Shown here: positions 1-14,528 of the stretch, piece after piece
Layout of the letters: every line of letters starts with the position of its first letter
Position numbering within the stretch: position 1 is the first letter of the stretch
DNA from: Phoronis australis
Taxonomy: Eukaryota; Animalia; Phoronida
Reading direction: 5' to 3'
DNA: 64,000 nt
Assembly (NCBI GenBank): GCA_002633005.1
Contig: NMRA01000119.1
Location: 564,578 to 628,577, forward strand
Position numbers and translations under genes: made by a program
The notes under the pieces: model-generated
Database searches by the model: none
The model's input: the letters and a program-made list of their open reading frames with translations, nothing else
Told to the model about the DNA's origin: nothing

Positions 1-660
1 CTCACGGTTTCACAGAGGCTGTACTCAGACCGGGCCCTGCGAACTAAATTGGAGAAATGCGAAGCTCACTGAAAGGCATGGAATGGCGAACGAGTGCCAA
101 AGTCAAAGTAGGCGAGAGGAAGAGTGGCGTTGACTCATTTATTGTCGCCTGTTTATTTAAAATGCCGTTGCATGGGGAAATCACGCGACGTGGAAACCCG
201 GAAATAACGTCATGTTTCAAGATTTATTAGTTGGTTTGGAAGTACGGTGTGTTTTCATAGTCATCTTATATGTTCTACGCAATCATCTAACTTCCATGAA
301 GTAATTTGTGGAGTCCGCGGTTTTAATACTCCAAAGTGGCACGGCGTTTTGTTTTATTTTGCAAAGCCACACTGCATTTCAACTTACAAGATGTCTAGCT
401 TAAGCTACTTTTTATCTATAAAAAGGGTTACCCAATTCCTGTTGGCGTTTTGAGATCAAAAAGTCTCAACTTGCACCTTTTTATCTGGAGGCAGGTATTG
501 ATGCCTTCTGGATAACAATCTCAACGAATAAAAGTTGGAAAACGACCAAGCGACCTCTGGCTTTTGCTAAGATTACATAATGACGTTCAACGGGTCTAAA
601 ATGGAGGGAAAGTCTTTTAGTAAATTAGCGCATGCGTTGTTGTTGTAGGCAGTGTGGTTT

Positions 661-921
661 CATGCGCGCACCCAGGGACCGGGGGCCTCAGGGGGCTCGA
701 AGGAGAAGGTCCGCCTCAGAGAAACAAAAAGTCCGAGAAAACGAGACAAAGTCCACTAAATAGGCAGGAACTACAAAATTCGGCGAAGGCACAATTAACA
801 GCCCTGAACGTACCTCGATTGTTTTTTTTTTNCTCGATTTTTTTTTTTTTTTTAGTGAAAGGTCCTCATTCCCAGAGATCCGATCCGAGCCCCCCTACAT
901 TTTAGGTTAGGTGCGCACATG
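661..921 (+). mobile_element. MITE family A (CATGCGCRCACC TIR), copy 1
   Basis: TIRs catgcgcgcacc / ggtgcgcacatg; body (cagagaaacaaaaagtccgagaaa) shared with 8449-8704 and 26089-26342. Confidence 0.8.
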
Positions 922-2974
922 CATAATTTTGAAGCAGGCTATTTCTTCTTGTTGTTTTCAAGTCGATGTCCCGGTCATTCTGGTTCTTTCTGAAACGAAA
1001 TGGTAGAATGAAGATCCAGAAATTTACCTAAGATGTATTTTCTTCGACTATTTGACCGTTTCGCGGGTCTCCGAGAAGTAAGCGGGCGCATCCCAGGATC
1101 CTAGAGATTTACGGTTTACCTATAGAGATGACTGTCTTCGCCTACTTGTTGCTTGAGCTTCGTTCCAAGGAACAAGGAGCCAAGAGAACAAGTACGCTTA
1201 GAAAGGTACTTGGTTACGAACACTTTGGCGCTTCACGTGCATCTGCGGAAGGAACCCCGGCCAGATTGCAGGTACGCGATATTTTTGTCTCTGGGGTGCC
1301 GGAACGTGCATACAGATAGGTAGGGCGTTCGCGTATCTACATGTTTGGTTTCGACTTCACGAGATGTCCACAATAAGAAAAATGCTAATTGAACGTGACT
1401 CATTGAGAAAATACCTAATAGATTATGCGGCCACAAGTTTCTAATTCCACACATCCATGAACTCCAAAAGATTTCATCCGTTATGCAGAGGTAACCTCAT
1501 TTGCGTGTGCAGTGGTTAATCTTTAATGAATTGCTTTATGTTCACTCATCAAATGTTAATTGCGTTGAATGTAGACCTATATCAACATAAAATATCCAAG
1601 AAATTACGTGAATTCAAAACTTACTGATGATTATGCATTTTTCATAGCACTGAAACTGAAAAAAGAACGAGTTTTGACGGCAAAAATTGGGTGTGAACGA
1701 AATATGTAACTACAAAGGTGGTCTTTGAGCTATCTTAACGCAATTCGCGCTCTTCTCAAATAACACTCCGCCTAGCAACACTTGTCCTCCAGTCTTCAAA
1801 ACGTCAGTACTCCAATTTGGGGGACTCGATGGTTGGGCATGGCTCCATCACTATGATCTAACGGCAATAGCGTATGCGTTACTAACCTCTTGGGTTTCCG
1901 GTGTTACATTAGCGATGAATCCATTCAATTATGATTTTCGACCAGTTTATCTTTGTGAATGTGTATCGTGAGAAATAGTTAGTACACTTCTTTTTTATAA
2001 ATATGTAATCCATATTTCTAAAAATCGATGTAGCCACATCGCTTCCAGTTTAACCATAGTGCGTTTGAGGTGTCATCATTCGTTCTGAAACTCATTGAAA
2101 TCACGTACGCATCTCGGTTCGTGGACAGCTGTCGATTTATTTATTTTTTACTTTATCGAATTATGTCTTTCACTCTTATGAAACCGGTCTCATTTCCGTA
2201 CCGTCATAGGTTTCTATTTCCGTTACCAACAGCAACATCGAAACCACCATCGATTCAAAAAACGCTTCAGAGATTTTCCGGGATGGCCATCCCAAAAAAT
2301 TGCGAATTCAAAAATGGCTGCATGTCACATTGTTTGTGGTTTGGGTTGGTAACGGAAATCTCTCCGAGGAATATTATGAGACCGATTTTATGATGACAGG
2401 GTGACATGCAGTTTTCTGAAGCAGCTGCAAACCCGTGTTCTCTTCATGAAGCGAACTTTTAATGTAGACAACTTAGTATCGCTATAAAATTTACTCATTA
2501 AGAAGTGTTCTCTAGATCTGAAAAAATTGACAGTTCGCTATCCGTTGAGTACCATGCTCAGTGCTTAAAATGACACTCCGTGAGAAGCTTGTAGAGCCTT
2601 GTTTCAAGCATTTGTGAACTACCACTCCTTTCGAAGTCTTGAAACAATATCCAATTTGAAAAAGGAAAAATCTGATACCAATTTCATAGTGGTAAAGGGT
2701 GGTAATCAAATGTTGGTTTTCAGTCGTGATGTAGATCGAGTTTACTGCAGCTTAAACTTTCGCTTAAATAAACGTAGAATTTTTATCGCTGCTCAAAGTC
2801 AGAAAGTCATTGACATTGACGCGCGCACACGCATCGATGAGTGGTGCACGTGTTAATTTAAGTTTTCAGGTTTACCGTGTGCATATTTTTGCAAGAAAAA
2901 ACACCGCGCTCTGCAGAACGCAATGACACCTGCGCCCTTCAGTGGTTACGATGTCCAGTTCCGCCGTGCTTTAA

Positions 2975-3704
2975 AAAGGCGTGGAACGCGAAAGCTCGTC
3001 AAAAATATCTTTTAAACAATTCGCGACGAAAGTACCGTTTTGCAACTTCTAGTACAGAGCAATTCACTTTTCAGTGAGGAAATTTTCCGAAAAAATCACA
3101 AAATTCACGATTTTTGAAACACGCACGAAGGAAAAACTATGCTTACCACAGAGTTTCTGATTTCCCTCCCACCTATGATAAATGCGCGCATGCGCTCACT
3201 GCCGTTTGCTTTAGGTCAAAGATCGCGTTTTCCATATAAGGGAAATGTGCTACGTTTATGACAGGCCATGTCAAATAAGAAGACGTGCTTCGCCTTGTGG
3301 GAGAAAAATCGACGAACTGGCCAGCAGTTGACATATCGTGTTTTTTTTTTCAGAGACATTTATTAACTCAACCAACCAGTACATAGTTGTGCGACAATAT
3401 GACATCTAGTTTAGTGTACATCAAGCAAATTACGAACATTATCGGACCCTATAAAAGCTAGTTAGGGAAAAAAGACCACCTTGCCTGGATCATTGTAAAT
3501 ATTTTTTCCAGGTTGTAGTAATCACATACCTCACGTAAAAATGACTGGTTCTGAAATTTGGAAAATGCTTTGATATCAACAGAAATTAAAAATCTTTACG
3601 AGCCAACCCTAAAAATACCTGGTGAGCAGGTTGAATTCTGTTTCAGTGGCAAAGAACCACTTTCAATATTGCAATTTAGTCCGTTGATCGCGTTCCAGGC
3701 CTCT
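2975..3704 (+). mobile_element. Kolobok-type non-autonomous DNA transposon, copy 1 (with ~200 bp internal insert)
   Basis: TTAA on both flanks; TIR A(A/G)AGGC.TGGAACGCGA; body shared with 10041-10612 and 32772-33389. Confidence 0.75.
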
Positions 3705-5789
3705 TTAACTTGACGCCAATGTTTCAAATGTGCTTTCGGCTTAAGGGACACTATCGGTTTTACAACTGAAAACGTATTTTCGCACTTATTGTTGAATTGG
3801 AGTTTATTTGCTTATACCGGATCTATAAAACAACAAAATCTGTTGTGTTTTTGTGATTTTTTTACAAATCATCAATCCCGCTGTTGTCTGTTAGGCATAC
3901 CGCTGAAATCAGGGCCGGAGTCTTTATCATTTACTTTTCTCGCCCATGTCTCTCTAAACAGAAAATCACGAAATTTGTTAATTAAGCTCACTAGACTGCT
4001 TGTAGCATCGGTTTCAACATTCAGTTGGCATTGAGGGATACCCTCAGATTGAACTACAGGTGTCAAATTTTGGACGTACTGACCATTTCTGTGTTTTTCT
4101 GAAGCATTGTTTGGCTTGTGAACGCTTCTGATGTACTTCGTGGCAAGGAAAATAAAATCTTGTGATAGATTTTGAAACCAATTTTGGAGTGATAAGTGTA
4201 TAGTTTTGAGTCTAAATGGGATGAAATGCAGTCCAAGCAGTGCCAATCAGGTCATGCCGAAATCGCAAAATTCAAACTGGATTAACAATCAATTAATTCC
4301 ATTCGGCCCATGGCCTGATGACGTGTTATTAGGAACGCTAATTCGCCGTGTAAAAATTAAAAAAACGACGGGTTTCTACGGTGGCACAAAGATGGCATTG
4401 AAAAAAACTAATATTAACATAATTTTTCGAAGTTTTTACCAAAAACCCCACTTTTCTCCGCTGAGAAAAGATTTTCTATCATCTTTAGGCCACCGTTAGT
4501 TCCACCTCAAAGTAAGAATAAGACAATGGTGAGTATGACGCTGCATGACACGTTGAAAAGGGTGATAATAACAAAAATCTCAACATTAAAATTAGCCGAG
4601 TAGTAACATGCAGTACCAACACAGACGCTAGTCCAGCGATGGCAATTTCTAATAATAGAATATCAGAAACAATGATAATGTGAAGACTGTATTACATCAT
4701 ACGTTGTACCTTAATTAGACTGTGGACACGGCACTCACGCAAGCAAGCATGGTCACGTTTGATACGTGAATCAATTTCCTGCTCAAGTGATTTCGGTTCC
4801 TGCAGGATGAGACCCCGGATGAGACCAGATTCGTCTGGCGCTATTCTTCGCGACTCTTGTAACGCGATTAACAGCTTCTGTTTGCAGAAGTCGGCGGTGT
4901 TTCACTGATGGGTCATTATCAGTGAAAGGTGTCACGCTGAGCGATTATAGTTACAACAGTGGCAGATATTTTCAGTAATTAGATTTCATCTCGATATCAC
5001 AAGAATACGGTTGCTGTTTCACTTTTGAACCGACTGTCTTCAATTAAAGCGTTGGATTAGTCATTATGAAGCTATGCGTTTGTTAGTTGACTTATCGAAG
5101 TAATCATAAAACTTCATTGTATTTACTGATGTGAAGTTGATAGTAAGACAACGTGATCTGGCTTTTAATTTTCTTAAACACTTAGCACAGTTTTTGCGAT
5201 TAAAACGATTAATGACAATCTCACAAACTTCAACACATTAACATTGGCCACTGATAATTCTTCCCGTCGAACAACACATTTACTTTTTGCAACTCCTTTC
5301 TTTCCCATATTTTAGACATGAAAATGATACAAAACGTGATTTACTGAATTTTTTAGTCACGCTCTGCCCATTCTTTCATTATTTTTGGTGGGCAATTATC
5401 ATCATAGATACAAAAGTTTGATTCTAGAGTTTATATTTAATGTTTATCACTAGTCTTGCATCCCGGCGCTTGTGCAATCTTTAAGGTTCGTACCACTGAT
5501 TGACATGTCCAAACATGTCCAGTTGGTTTTCGTGACCACATGACGTTGCTAAAACTTAAAAAAGTGCTCTTTCTTTCCGTTAACTTTATTCTTCAAGTGT
5601 ATGGAATTACCATGGTTAAATTTTCAACATTGTGTTATCGTCGTATGTAAATTATTTCAGTATCGATATCTGTGTACGAATGTCCTGTTGGCAATGAAAT
5701 TTGAAAATGTTTGGAGATGGCGATGTCACGTCATGAGACCGGTATTGAAAGTTTCATGTTAATTATGAGTTCCGTGGCGTTGCATGAAG

Positions 5790-7040
5790 TCATGCTTTAG
5801 GGAATTCTCACTTCAGAGTTGTGTTGAAATTTTTCGGAATAAATAGCTGAGGAGCATTTAGCGAGTACTTTCAGAGAACCCTCTGTTACCTCCTACTTGA
5901 AACCTGCAAGAATTTAACTTGCTTGCTCTCGGACAATTCCTCACAAGTTCATTTTGCATAAGAATGTAACAATGCGGCTGCACTTTCAATCAAAATGTAG
6001 TCATGACAAAGACCCAAAATCTATGTGGTCTACACTTAAGCCACTCTTTCAGGGGTGATTAAAATAATGACATTGCACTCAATTTAGTCACTGGGTCATG
6101 AAAAATCGTCCTACTGAGATCACTGAAGTTTTAGCATATAATTACTTTACTGACAGCTTACATTAGTCTTCAACAATCATCCTGACCCAGGGGGCGCGGT
6201 CAGCTATTCTGATCACCCAAGTGTGTTTGAGATCAACCAAACTAATTTGTCATCTCATCATGGATCTTTCGAGTTTGAAAATTGTAGCCAGTCTGGTGTT
6301 TTACATGAACCTCAAACGGTTGAATCCTCATAAGGCTACGGGATTTAACAACATACATCCATAATTTCGCAGGCTTGGTGCACTGAAAGTTCTACTTCTC
6401 ACCCTACACTTTTTATAATAAATACATTAAACCGTCTTTTTACCCATGGTTTCTGAACCTTAAGAAAAGCAACAGGCTTAACTTGGCATGTTACTGGCCT
6501 GTCAGTGTTACCCTCGGCAAACTAGGTTTTAGAAAGACTTCTGTGTAGCCAATTCCATGTTTATTTTGAAACTGAGCAAAATCTCTGCCAGGAAGAGTTT
6601 TAATGGCGAACTTGTTCTCTTGAGACTTATTGAGGTCCCAGGTCAGCCGTATGCACGGTGCCTACTAACCGATTTATCAAAAGCGTTTGATTACTAAGCA
6701 TGTACGGTGGCTCACATAAAACATATTCATTGTTACTTTCCTACTTGTCAGCAATGAGCAATGGATTAAAGTTGCCTCTGCACATACTAATTGGCACCGA
6801 CCTTTTTCTAAAGGTGTACACCCGGGGTTCTATACTGGGTACTCTATTAAGGTCTCATAAATACATTTCATACTCTAAAAGGCAAGTGCAAACTGTACAA
6901 CTACGCTGTATTATGATGATACACTTGTACACTTCGATAAATCTATAAGGGTGAAATTTTGAGAAACCCAGCTAAATGAGGCGATGAGATGGTTTTACTA
7001 AAACTATATGTTTTTCAATGTTGAAAAATTCAAAAAGTTC
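5790..7040 (+). mobile_element. Degenerate non-LTR retrotransposon ORF2 relic (CR1/L2-group RT)
   Basis: Frameshifted RT motifs in the right order: LKRLNPHKATGFNNIHP (~6312), PVSV (~6498), LLTDLSKAFD (~6662), KGV..GSILG (~6810), YDDT (~6912). Confidence 0.8.
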
Positions 7041-8448
7041 CCACCATAACCCTGTCTCTAAAAAAATTTTTAGTAATACATCTTAATAGATTTAATAGCC
7101 TTTAGTATACCTGTTGCTAAGAAACAAGACAAAAATGGAAAAAATAGTTTTCTGTTATTGGAGTTGTACGTCTCTGCCGTTGTTGTTATTACTGATGTGG
7201 TACTGAGGAGTTATGAGGAAAGTCCGCGGAGATCGCAGCCTCGAAAAGGTGCGCTTGTGGAGGCTGTAGTTAAAGCAACTTGACTCTGTAAAAGCAAAAT
7301 TTCGCCTCTAATGAGAAAGCGACTTTATACACTAAGGTTCGAAAACTATTACTATGTAGGCTTACGTAATCATCCGACATTGAACAAATGTTTTGACTCT
7401 GTGCCACTGGATCTGTCCAAATGTGAAGTTTTATATATAACTTCCAAGCGGAGGGGTACCTCAAATTTGTCGAAGTAAGAAATCGTGGGCAAATTCAGAA
7501 ATTAACATTTCGAACAGGGTGGGGATGTGGGCAACTCGTCAGTGGTATTGATTCTTAGTTTTTCGTCTTTTATATGTAAACTATTACTTTAGCGAAGTTT
7601 ACTGTCTTTTCGTTTCCGCTGAAAATATGGCCAAATGATTCGAGTCTTTCAACAATTTTTGTTGAGTTGGAAACGAAGTGCGCGCACAAAATGTTTTTAT
7701 AAATGACAATAGGATGATTAGTTAGATTCTTCGTCGCACGTGGGAAAATTAATGATTTGTTGAGGTCAAAGTGTCATGACCTTCCCTCGAAATGTAAACA
7801 AGTAATAACCCATCAAGGCGTGATGCTGTTTTTCAATAATCAATGCAAGTGTTTGTTTATTCAGTGTAGAAAAGAGACTCACACACGTACGAAAATACAT
7901 TTTGTTTTTTCGAGTTGAGAGCCCAGCGGAAAGACGAATTTTAATTTGCGTCGCACAGGTATCAATTTGTCTCCTTAACACAAGTCACAGTCAGTTTTGT
8001 TCACAAAGGTTCCTAGAATGACCTACAAACGCCTTTTTAAATTGTTATCGATCATAGAAAGCTCACCGCGCTACATTGCAATTAAGAAAGATTTAAAAAT
8101 AATCGCATCCGACAAACCAGTGTGATATTTCTGATGTCAAAGAACGCGTGGATAAATCTCCCTTGGGAAGAAATCACAGGAATTGTTAAAGATGTTTCCG
8201 GTAAAAATCAAACTAAAAAAGTGCACAGCTTCGAAACGAAAATGGTTAGAAAGTTTTGTGATAGTCATTTTTAGAGTTTCCAAATTGAACCGACCCTGCA
8301 CAGGAGCGCATAACACGGCAATGGACTATGGGACATATAACACTGACTTAAACCAACCCAATACAAACCACAAATGCATTTGACAAAATCCTGCCTTTTG
8401 GCGAAACATAACGTAGGCCGGTAAAATTACCATTTATTTAAAACTGAT

Positions 8449-8704
8449 CATGCGCATTCCCAGCCTAAAGTATAGGGGGGGGGGGCGAATTGTTCGGTAT
8501 GTGGGCCTTTCACTGAAAAAAAACGGAGACTAAAAAACGGGGTACTGCGTTCAAACCTATGAGTTGTGCATTCACGCCGAATTTTTGTGGTCTTTAGTCT
8601 CGTTTTTTCGGACTTTTTGTTCCTCTGAGGCGGACTTTCTTTGCTCACTTCGGCAAATGTGGGGCTCGTTCGAGCCCCCCAAATCCCCCCCGGGTGCGCG
8701 CATG
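8449..8704 (-). mobile_element. MITE family A, copy 2
   Basis: Reverse-complement copy; flanks ctgat/ctcat (near 5-bp TSD). Confidence 0.8.
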
Positions 8705-10040
8705 CTCATTTTGAATTAATATCTATCTTTCCCATCCGAAGAACCCAATGTACTAGAAATGTGGCAGTCACATGCAAAAGTAATTTCCAGCTAAACGGAT
8801 GTCACAGGCACGTGACTTCAAAACATCATTGCACTGTCACCTACCGGTATAGGAGGTCTATTCACCCGATCTGATTCTAAAGAGACGTATGCCGATTTAT
8901 GATCATGTTCAAGAGGTTTCAAATTTAAGTTTCTGGTTATCTTGTATGGCCCAGTCTTTCAGTCTCATCTCACTGAAACGTGTCGAGTGACTTGATGACA
9001 AAGTGTACTATGTAAAGCAATAACTTTCTCTTAAAAACCTTCTTCATGGTGTTTGGTGCGTGGTAGTTGTGCGCGCGCGCGTGTGTTTGGGCATGGGTGC
9101 GGCCTTGAAGGACTCTCGTACTTAGCTCTCGACCCTTACTCGGACAGTAACGACACCGCAGATCGATAGCTACGAGCTGAGCTGTGTGCTAGAACACAAC
9201 TCAGTTCTTAGCTCGATGGTGGTTACCCGTATGCACTGAGGAGCGAGGCAAAATACTCATTGACCTCATAATGATCAGCGCCAATGTAGTGCACTCGATT
9301 ACAATGAGGGAGCTATCGAAAAAGACTTTTGTCACGTCAGGTGATGAAATAATTCATTTCGAATGGCTAGCGATAGCAATCAGCAAAGCACTCACCTCAC
9401 ATCGCCCGTGTACTGTAAGGCTCATATCAAGTTTTTACGCTCGCCATGCACGTAAAGGAAATCTGACAAGTGAGATATTCAACTCACCGCCTCGCAAGGC
9501 AAAACCATTACGGTTCATCTTGCCACAGACGCGACTCATGAAATAAGCTCAATTGCATTCGAGGAGTGTAGCTCACCGCTTGTGGCGGCTCTTAGTGATT
9601 TCCGGGTCTGAAAAGAACTGGGATGACTACCTCGAAGCCACCTTATAAGTTACATCGAACCGTAACTTAAGCTTACGTTCTTCATTAGAATTACACGATT
9701 GTCGCAAACGACTAAATTGAAACATCTTAGATGAACTTATGGTCACCTTAGCATCACCGTAGCGCCAGATAACAGTACTTCATCGTATTTTGCAATTTCA
9801 GTGTGACAAATCCGTATTTAGGTAACACAATTGTCTATGATTTCCCAAATCATTTCAAAAATAAAATTAAATGCCCTATTTCAGAACACAACATATTTAC
9901 GATCGCCTTAGTATTTTCCCGTGTCACAGCTACATGTATGTCGACAGTCACAGCGTACACAATCTTATGTAATGTCTTTGGCTGTCAGACTCACCAACGC
10001 GTGTCATTTTAAACAAAATATGTAACAGCAATAACTTTAA

Positions 10041-10612
10041 AGAGGCATGGAATGCAAAAACTCATAAAGATACCTCTTAACAGATCGTGGCGAATCTACT
10101 GCTTGGGGATACTAACGTGAGAGTTAATCACTTTAAATATTACAGGAACCTCTAAAAAATCGTCAGATTAACTATTTTTGAAATGAAGACGAAAGAAAAA
10201 CTCTTTTCATTACAATACAGTTTTCAAATCCTCCGCCCCTAATAAAGTATATATATGCGCACATGCGCTCAGAAAGTCGGATGCGCTACTGCTTGAAATT
10301 GCCATTGCTTTGTTTACATCAAAGGTCAAAGGTCACAATTTCTATATAAGGGAAGTGTGCTACGTCTAAGCCTTGTCATACCAAATAAGGAGACGTGCTT
10401 TCTCGTGTGGGAGAAAAATCGACGAAGTGACGAGCAGTTGACAGATCGTTTTTTTTTTGAAATTTGCAGCTAAAGGAAAAATGCTTTGACGTCAACAGAA
10501 TTTCAAAATCTTTACGAACAAACCGTAAAAATACCTGGTGAACAGTTAGACTTCTGTTTCAGTGTCACGGAACCACTTTGCAATTTAGTCTTTTTTCACG
10601 TTCTATGCCACT
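10041..10612 (+). mobile_element. Kolobok-type non-autonomous DNA transposon, copy 2
   Basis: TTAA flanks; AGAGGCATGGAA...TTCTATGCCACT; colinear with copy 1. Confidence 0.75.
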
Positions 10613-13248
10613 TTAAGAGGCTAACTACTATTTTCGTGCTAGATATGAACAGAAGTCGCATCAGTAAAAAGACAAATGGTATCATGTGATTTTCCAGCTA
10701 CTTAAAAATAATTTTTTGGTCAAAATTGTCTTTAAAATAGATAATGCAATAGCCGCTAATAACTTCGGAGTCTCTTCAATTCTAACTAGTAACGGTGTCA
10801 CGATTAGTATTGATAACGAGCATAAAGTTTGTCTGGTGCCATAACGGGCATAATTGTGACGTTATACAGTCACATGCGGGGTATCATGCGGAGCCATAGA
10901 AATAGAGCTCTACTGACATTTGTATACACCATTGGAACAATAAACGACTGCTTCGTTTGATACACCATAACTACACGACTCGAAAAAAGTTGCCAGTCGC
11001 AATGGAATTTAAATGCCGCAAGTGTAATTATTCGCAACAGGAGAAGACAAGACCACCAAAATTATCCCTCGTCATCGAGACACTGTTTCCCCGAGCTGCG
11101 TATGTGTCTAAGCTCCACAGTCAGGCGCAGCTTCACAATTTGGAGCATGCGCTCAATATTACAGGGTTTTTATATAACTGTGTTACCGCAACGCGTGTGC
11201 CCCAAGAAATTCTTAGAAACTGCATTAATTCAGATGTTGGTGCATGGGCCTAAAAACGCATGCGTATTGTGACGCTAAGGTGATTGAGACGCTAACTTAG
11301 GTGAACTTTAATGATGGCTTCGAATTAGTCACCCCAGAGGAGATTCGTTACTGCTTTGGGCATTGTCAATAATTAGTTAACCTGACACGGCTGCCTGTGC
11401 TGTCCATTTAATGCGCCGAGAATTATTGGCTCATCCAACCAATAATGAACTGCCATTTCTTCCCAATAGGGCCTAGATCACCGTGACTACATCTCCTAAT
11501 CCGCAAAAGGAACTACTTGTTACCTCCTGAAGGTAACCTTTTTACCAGAAGACGGGTTTAAATCACTTTTACCCAACGTATCTGTAGATTATGCCAATTC
11601 CTGGAGACTCTTCCGGTCTCTCTGATTCAATAGCTTTATGCGATAACCGTTGTCAAACTTCGCTACAATACGCTGACAGAGTGCTGAAAGGTGTGTCCGG
11701 ATTGAAAGCTCAATGTGCAAGCCAACTATAACGTGATCGGGCTTCAGCCACCCAATGGTTGTAGACAGTAAAGACAAGCCAAGCATCGACTGAGAAGACC
11801 AGGATTTGGGTCATTAAAATCTTCTTTGTGCCCATCCTGGCAAAAATTCTGGATTCACGGGTAACCAGCACACTGACAGACATAGTGCACCCCAAGTTAT
11901 AGTTCGCACAAGTGTAGAAATGAAAACTTTCAAGAGAATCCGGCAAACGAAAATAACCTCTGCTGTTTAAAAGGAGAGAGTTTTTTTAATCTCTGGCGAT
12001 CCACTGGCCGAACAATTAGCTAGAAAATACAGATGATGGTCCAAGGCTTGAAACCACTAGCAAAAGGAGATACATGCAAATACATCCTTTTACGATTTCA
12101 CTCAAAATCTTAACATTTAATCGACTACTCTTTTTATTTAAGACATTCTTTTAGTTATTTTCCAAAACACTGTAACTAAATTTCCAGCAAATTTTCTCTC
12201 CACGAGCTACAAATTGTAAAACCGGATTCACAATACCTTGTGAAATAAATCTGCAGATTATTTGTTTTTTAACGAGTAAAGACAACAATTTCACTCAGTT
12301 TCCTTTGTACTTTGGCCGTTTCGTAAAAGTATTTACCCGAAAAAAAAGAATTCAGATAAGAACGACACATGATGTCAACTATGTACTTTCTCACCAAAAA
12401 AAATGCGAATGTGTGGTCATTACCCAGATTTCGCTCAAAAGTGTTCGAAACGTGAAAATTTAATTCTTTTTAAGATAAAATTTTTTACCTCAGGTTCTTC
12501 GACAACTTCATGTCCTCGGACATCGACCCGCGATGTTTAGTTTACGCACAAAGTGGCGACCAGCGCACACACGCACAATAACGACTAGTACGACTTCCAA
12601 ACAATTACAAGAGCATATGATTAGCAGAGCCTTTCAACTAGTGAGAATATGACATCAAAGTGTTGCCACGGAAACTCGTTAATAGATTTCTGCTCGTTAG
12701 AAATAGCGAACTCAGGTGTTATTCCTGCGTTGGTTGGCTAGCGTGGGATCAAGCCAACGCGTGTGCCAGAGAATTTTTGAATGGAAAATACTTTCAAATC
12801 ATAATTTGCGGTCCTCAGAATTTGTCATGATCTTAAATTCAAAAATGAACTCGTGATTTAGTTTTGTTATCTTATTAGCCGCTAGTTTTAAAAATAAGGA
12901 CTGTTTTAAAAATTGTCGGGAAGTCAACTAAATGCCATTTTATTAGGCCTAATCATCAAAGCGCGTTTAGTTATACTAGCCTAACCCACTCACAGTCAAT
13001 TAACGGATACATTACGAATGGATATTGTATTAAAAGTATTTACATTTAATATATATTTGTACTGCGCTTTATATACGGTGGTGTCCAATGAAAAAATCAG
13101 AACTCATTGTGTATACATATATCTATGATATAAAATGCATTGTTTGCACAAAGTCCGTCTCCCCCGCTCCACTACAGACCTTCGTTGCGCCCGTTTCGGC
13201 ACCGCCTTGGTCCCAGGTATTGCACCGGCCCCCTATTTGGATTCGAAG

Positions 13249-13546
13249 CAGTGGCGGATCTAGGATACCATAAGAGGGGGGGCAACATGTTGTCTCGGGG
13301 AATCGGGCAAAGTGCGATTGTATGTGCAGCTCAGGCCCTAAGTTGCAGGAGCCGGGTGTGTGAACCATCTGTTCGGAAAACTTGCCGGTGGATTAAAAAA
13401 AGAAAAAAAAAACGGGGACGCCGCGATCGGGGGCACCCCCTTCTCCGCGTTCTAGTTGCTTACTCAGTATTTCCTCGCGCTTCACGCTGTCGCTGTTCCA
13501 TTTTTGCTTACGGCAGCCAGGGGGGGGGGGGCTAAATCCGCCTAAG
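13249..13546. mobile_element. MITE with CAGTGGCGGAT TIR (hAT5-like)
   Basis: cagtggcggatctag ... ctaaatccgcctaag; flanks cgaag/cgagg. Confidence 0.7.
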
Positions 13547-14393
13547 CGAGGTGTCCTATTTTTTTCTCGCGGGCCGTTTTTTCGAGGACGGGGAGGGAGG
13601 GTGTCCAGTTTCGTACTGGCCTTGGTGACGTCAGTCGGTCGGCTCAAAGGTCTGGGTGACGTCACTACGTCGGCTTAATTTCACTCCCTCCGGCTACTGT
13701 AGCTTACATAATTCATCTGGCCTGTCGCCGCCAAAATAAATGATGCCTCATTAAAAATTTTTTACTCTTCTTTGAGTAAACTAAATTATTTACCCGGGTG
13801 TTGGAAAATTGGCGTTTTTCAGTTATTCTGCTGCTAAAATTGCGATGCGCTCTTTGGGCGCCATTGCGTCACAGCTATCGGGCCAATTTCCTTGTAATTC
13901 AATCAACTGTGGAGGTTGCGTACATGTCATAACAACCGGAAGTGGTTTCATTTCGTTAAAAGTTTTTACTATTTTAATACAAAAAAAACCAATTCCGAGA
14001 GATATCGCAAAGTTTTGGGAAATGGCGCGTACGTGCGCGTGTCACGAGATTGCACTATTTTCAAAACGACGGCAGAGAGGATTTTCCTTCGTTACAAAAG
14101 GCGGAGAATTCGGAAAAAATAACGTTTATTAGATTTTGTTTACTTCTATAAACGGCTGTAACGGGCACTGTGAATGTCGATTCATTCCCAGATTCTGCAT
14201 GCGCCCCTGCAGGTTGTTAGCTCTAAGTTTCACGACGAGGTGATGAGCTGAGCACCCGGGTTGTGTGAAATTTCGGTGTCTAACAGAGCTCTACACACGG
14301 CTACCTAGCTGCATGTTGACGACAGTCTTTATACAGCTAGCTGGCTTTCTACCTCAGTATGTACAGTTATGATGCAACTTTTGTAAATGCATC

Positions 14394-14528
14394 CAGGAGC
14401 GGATCCAGGATTTTGAGTTGGGGGTGTGGGCACGGCAAATAGAGTATTAGCCAGAAATGGCAAATGGAAGCTGGAGGAATTTGATGGGGGGCCATGGCCC
14501 CCTTGGCCTTCCTCTAAATCCGCCACTG
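14394..14528. mobile_element. MITE family B (GGCGGATCCAGGATTTT...AAATCCGCCACTG)
   Basis: Same TIRs and body as 43199-43357, 40028-40178 and 57776-57923. Confidence 0.75.

Noticed and set aside
1620-1660. CTGATGA...GAAA hammerhead-like words (also ~49893, and ~7505-7545 on the minus strand)
   Set aside because: No stem II closing directly on GAAA and no stems I/III.
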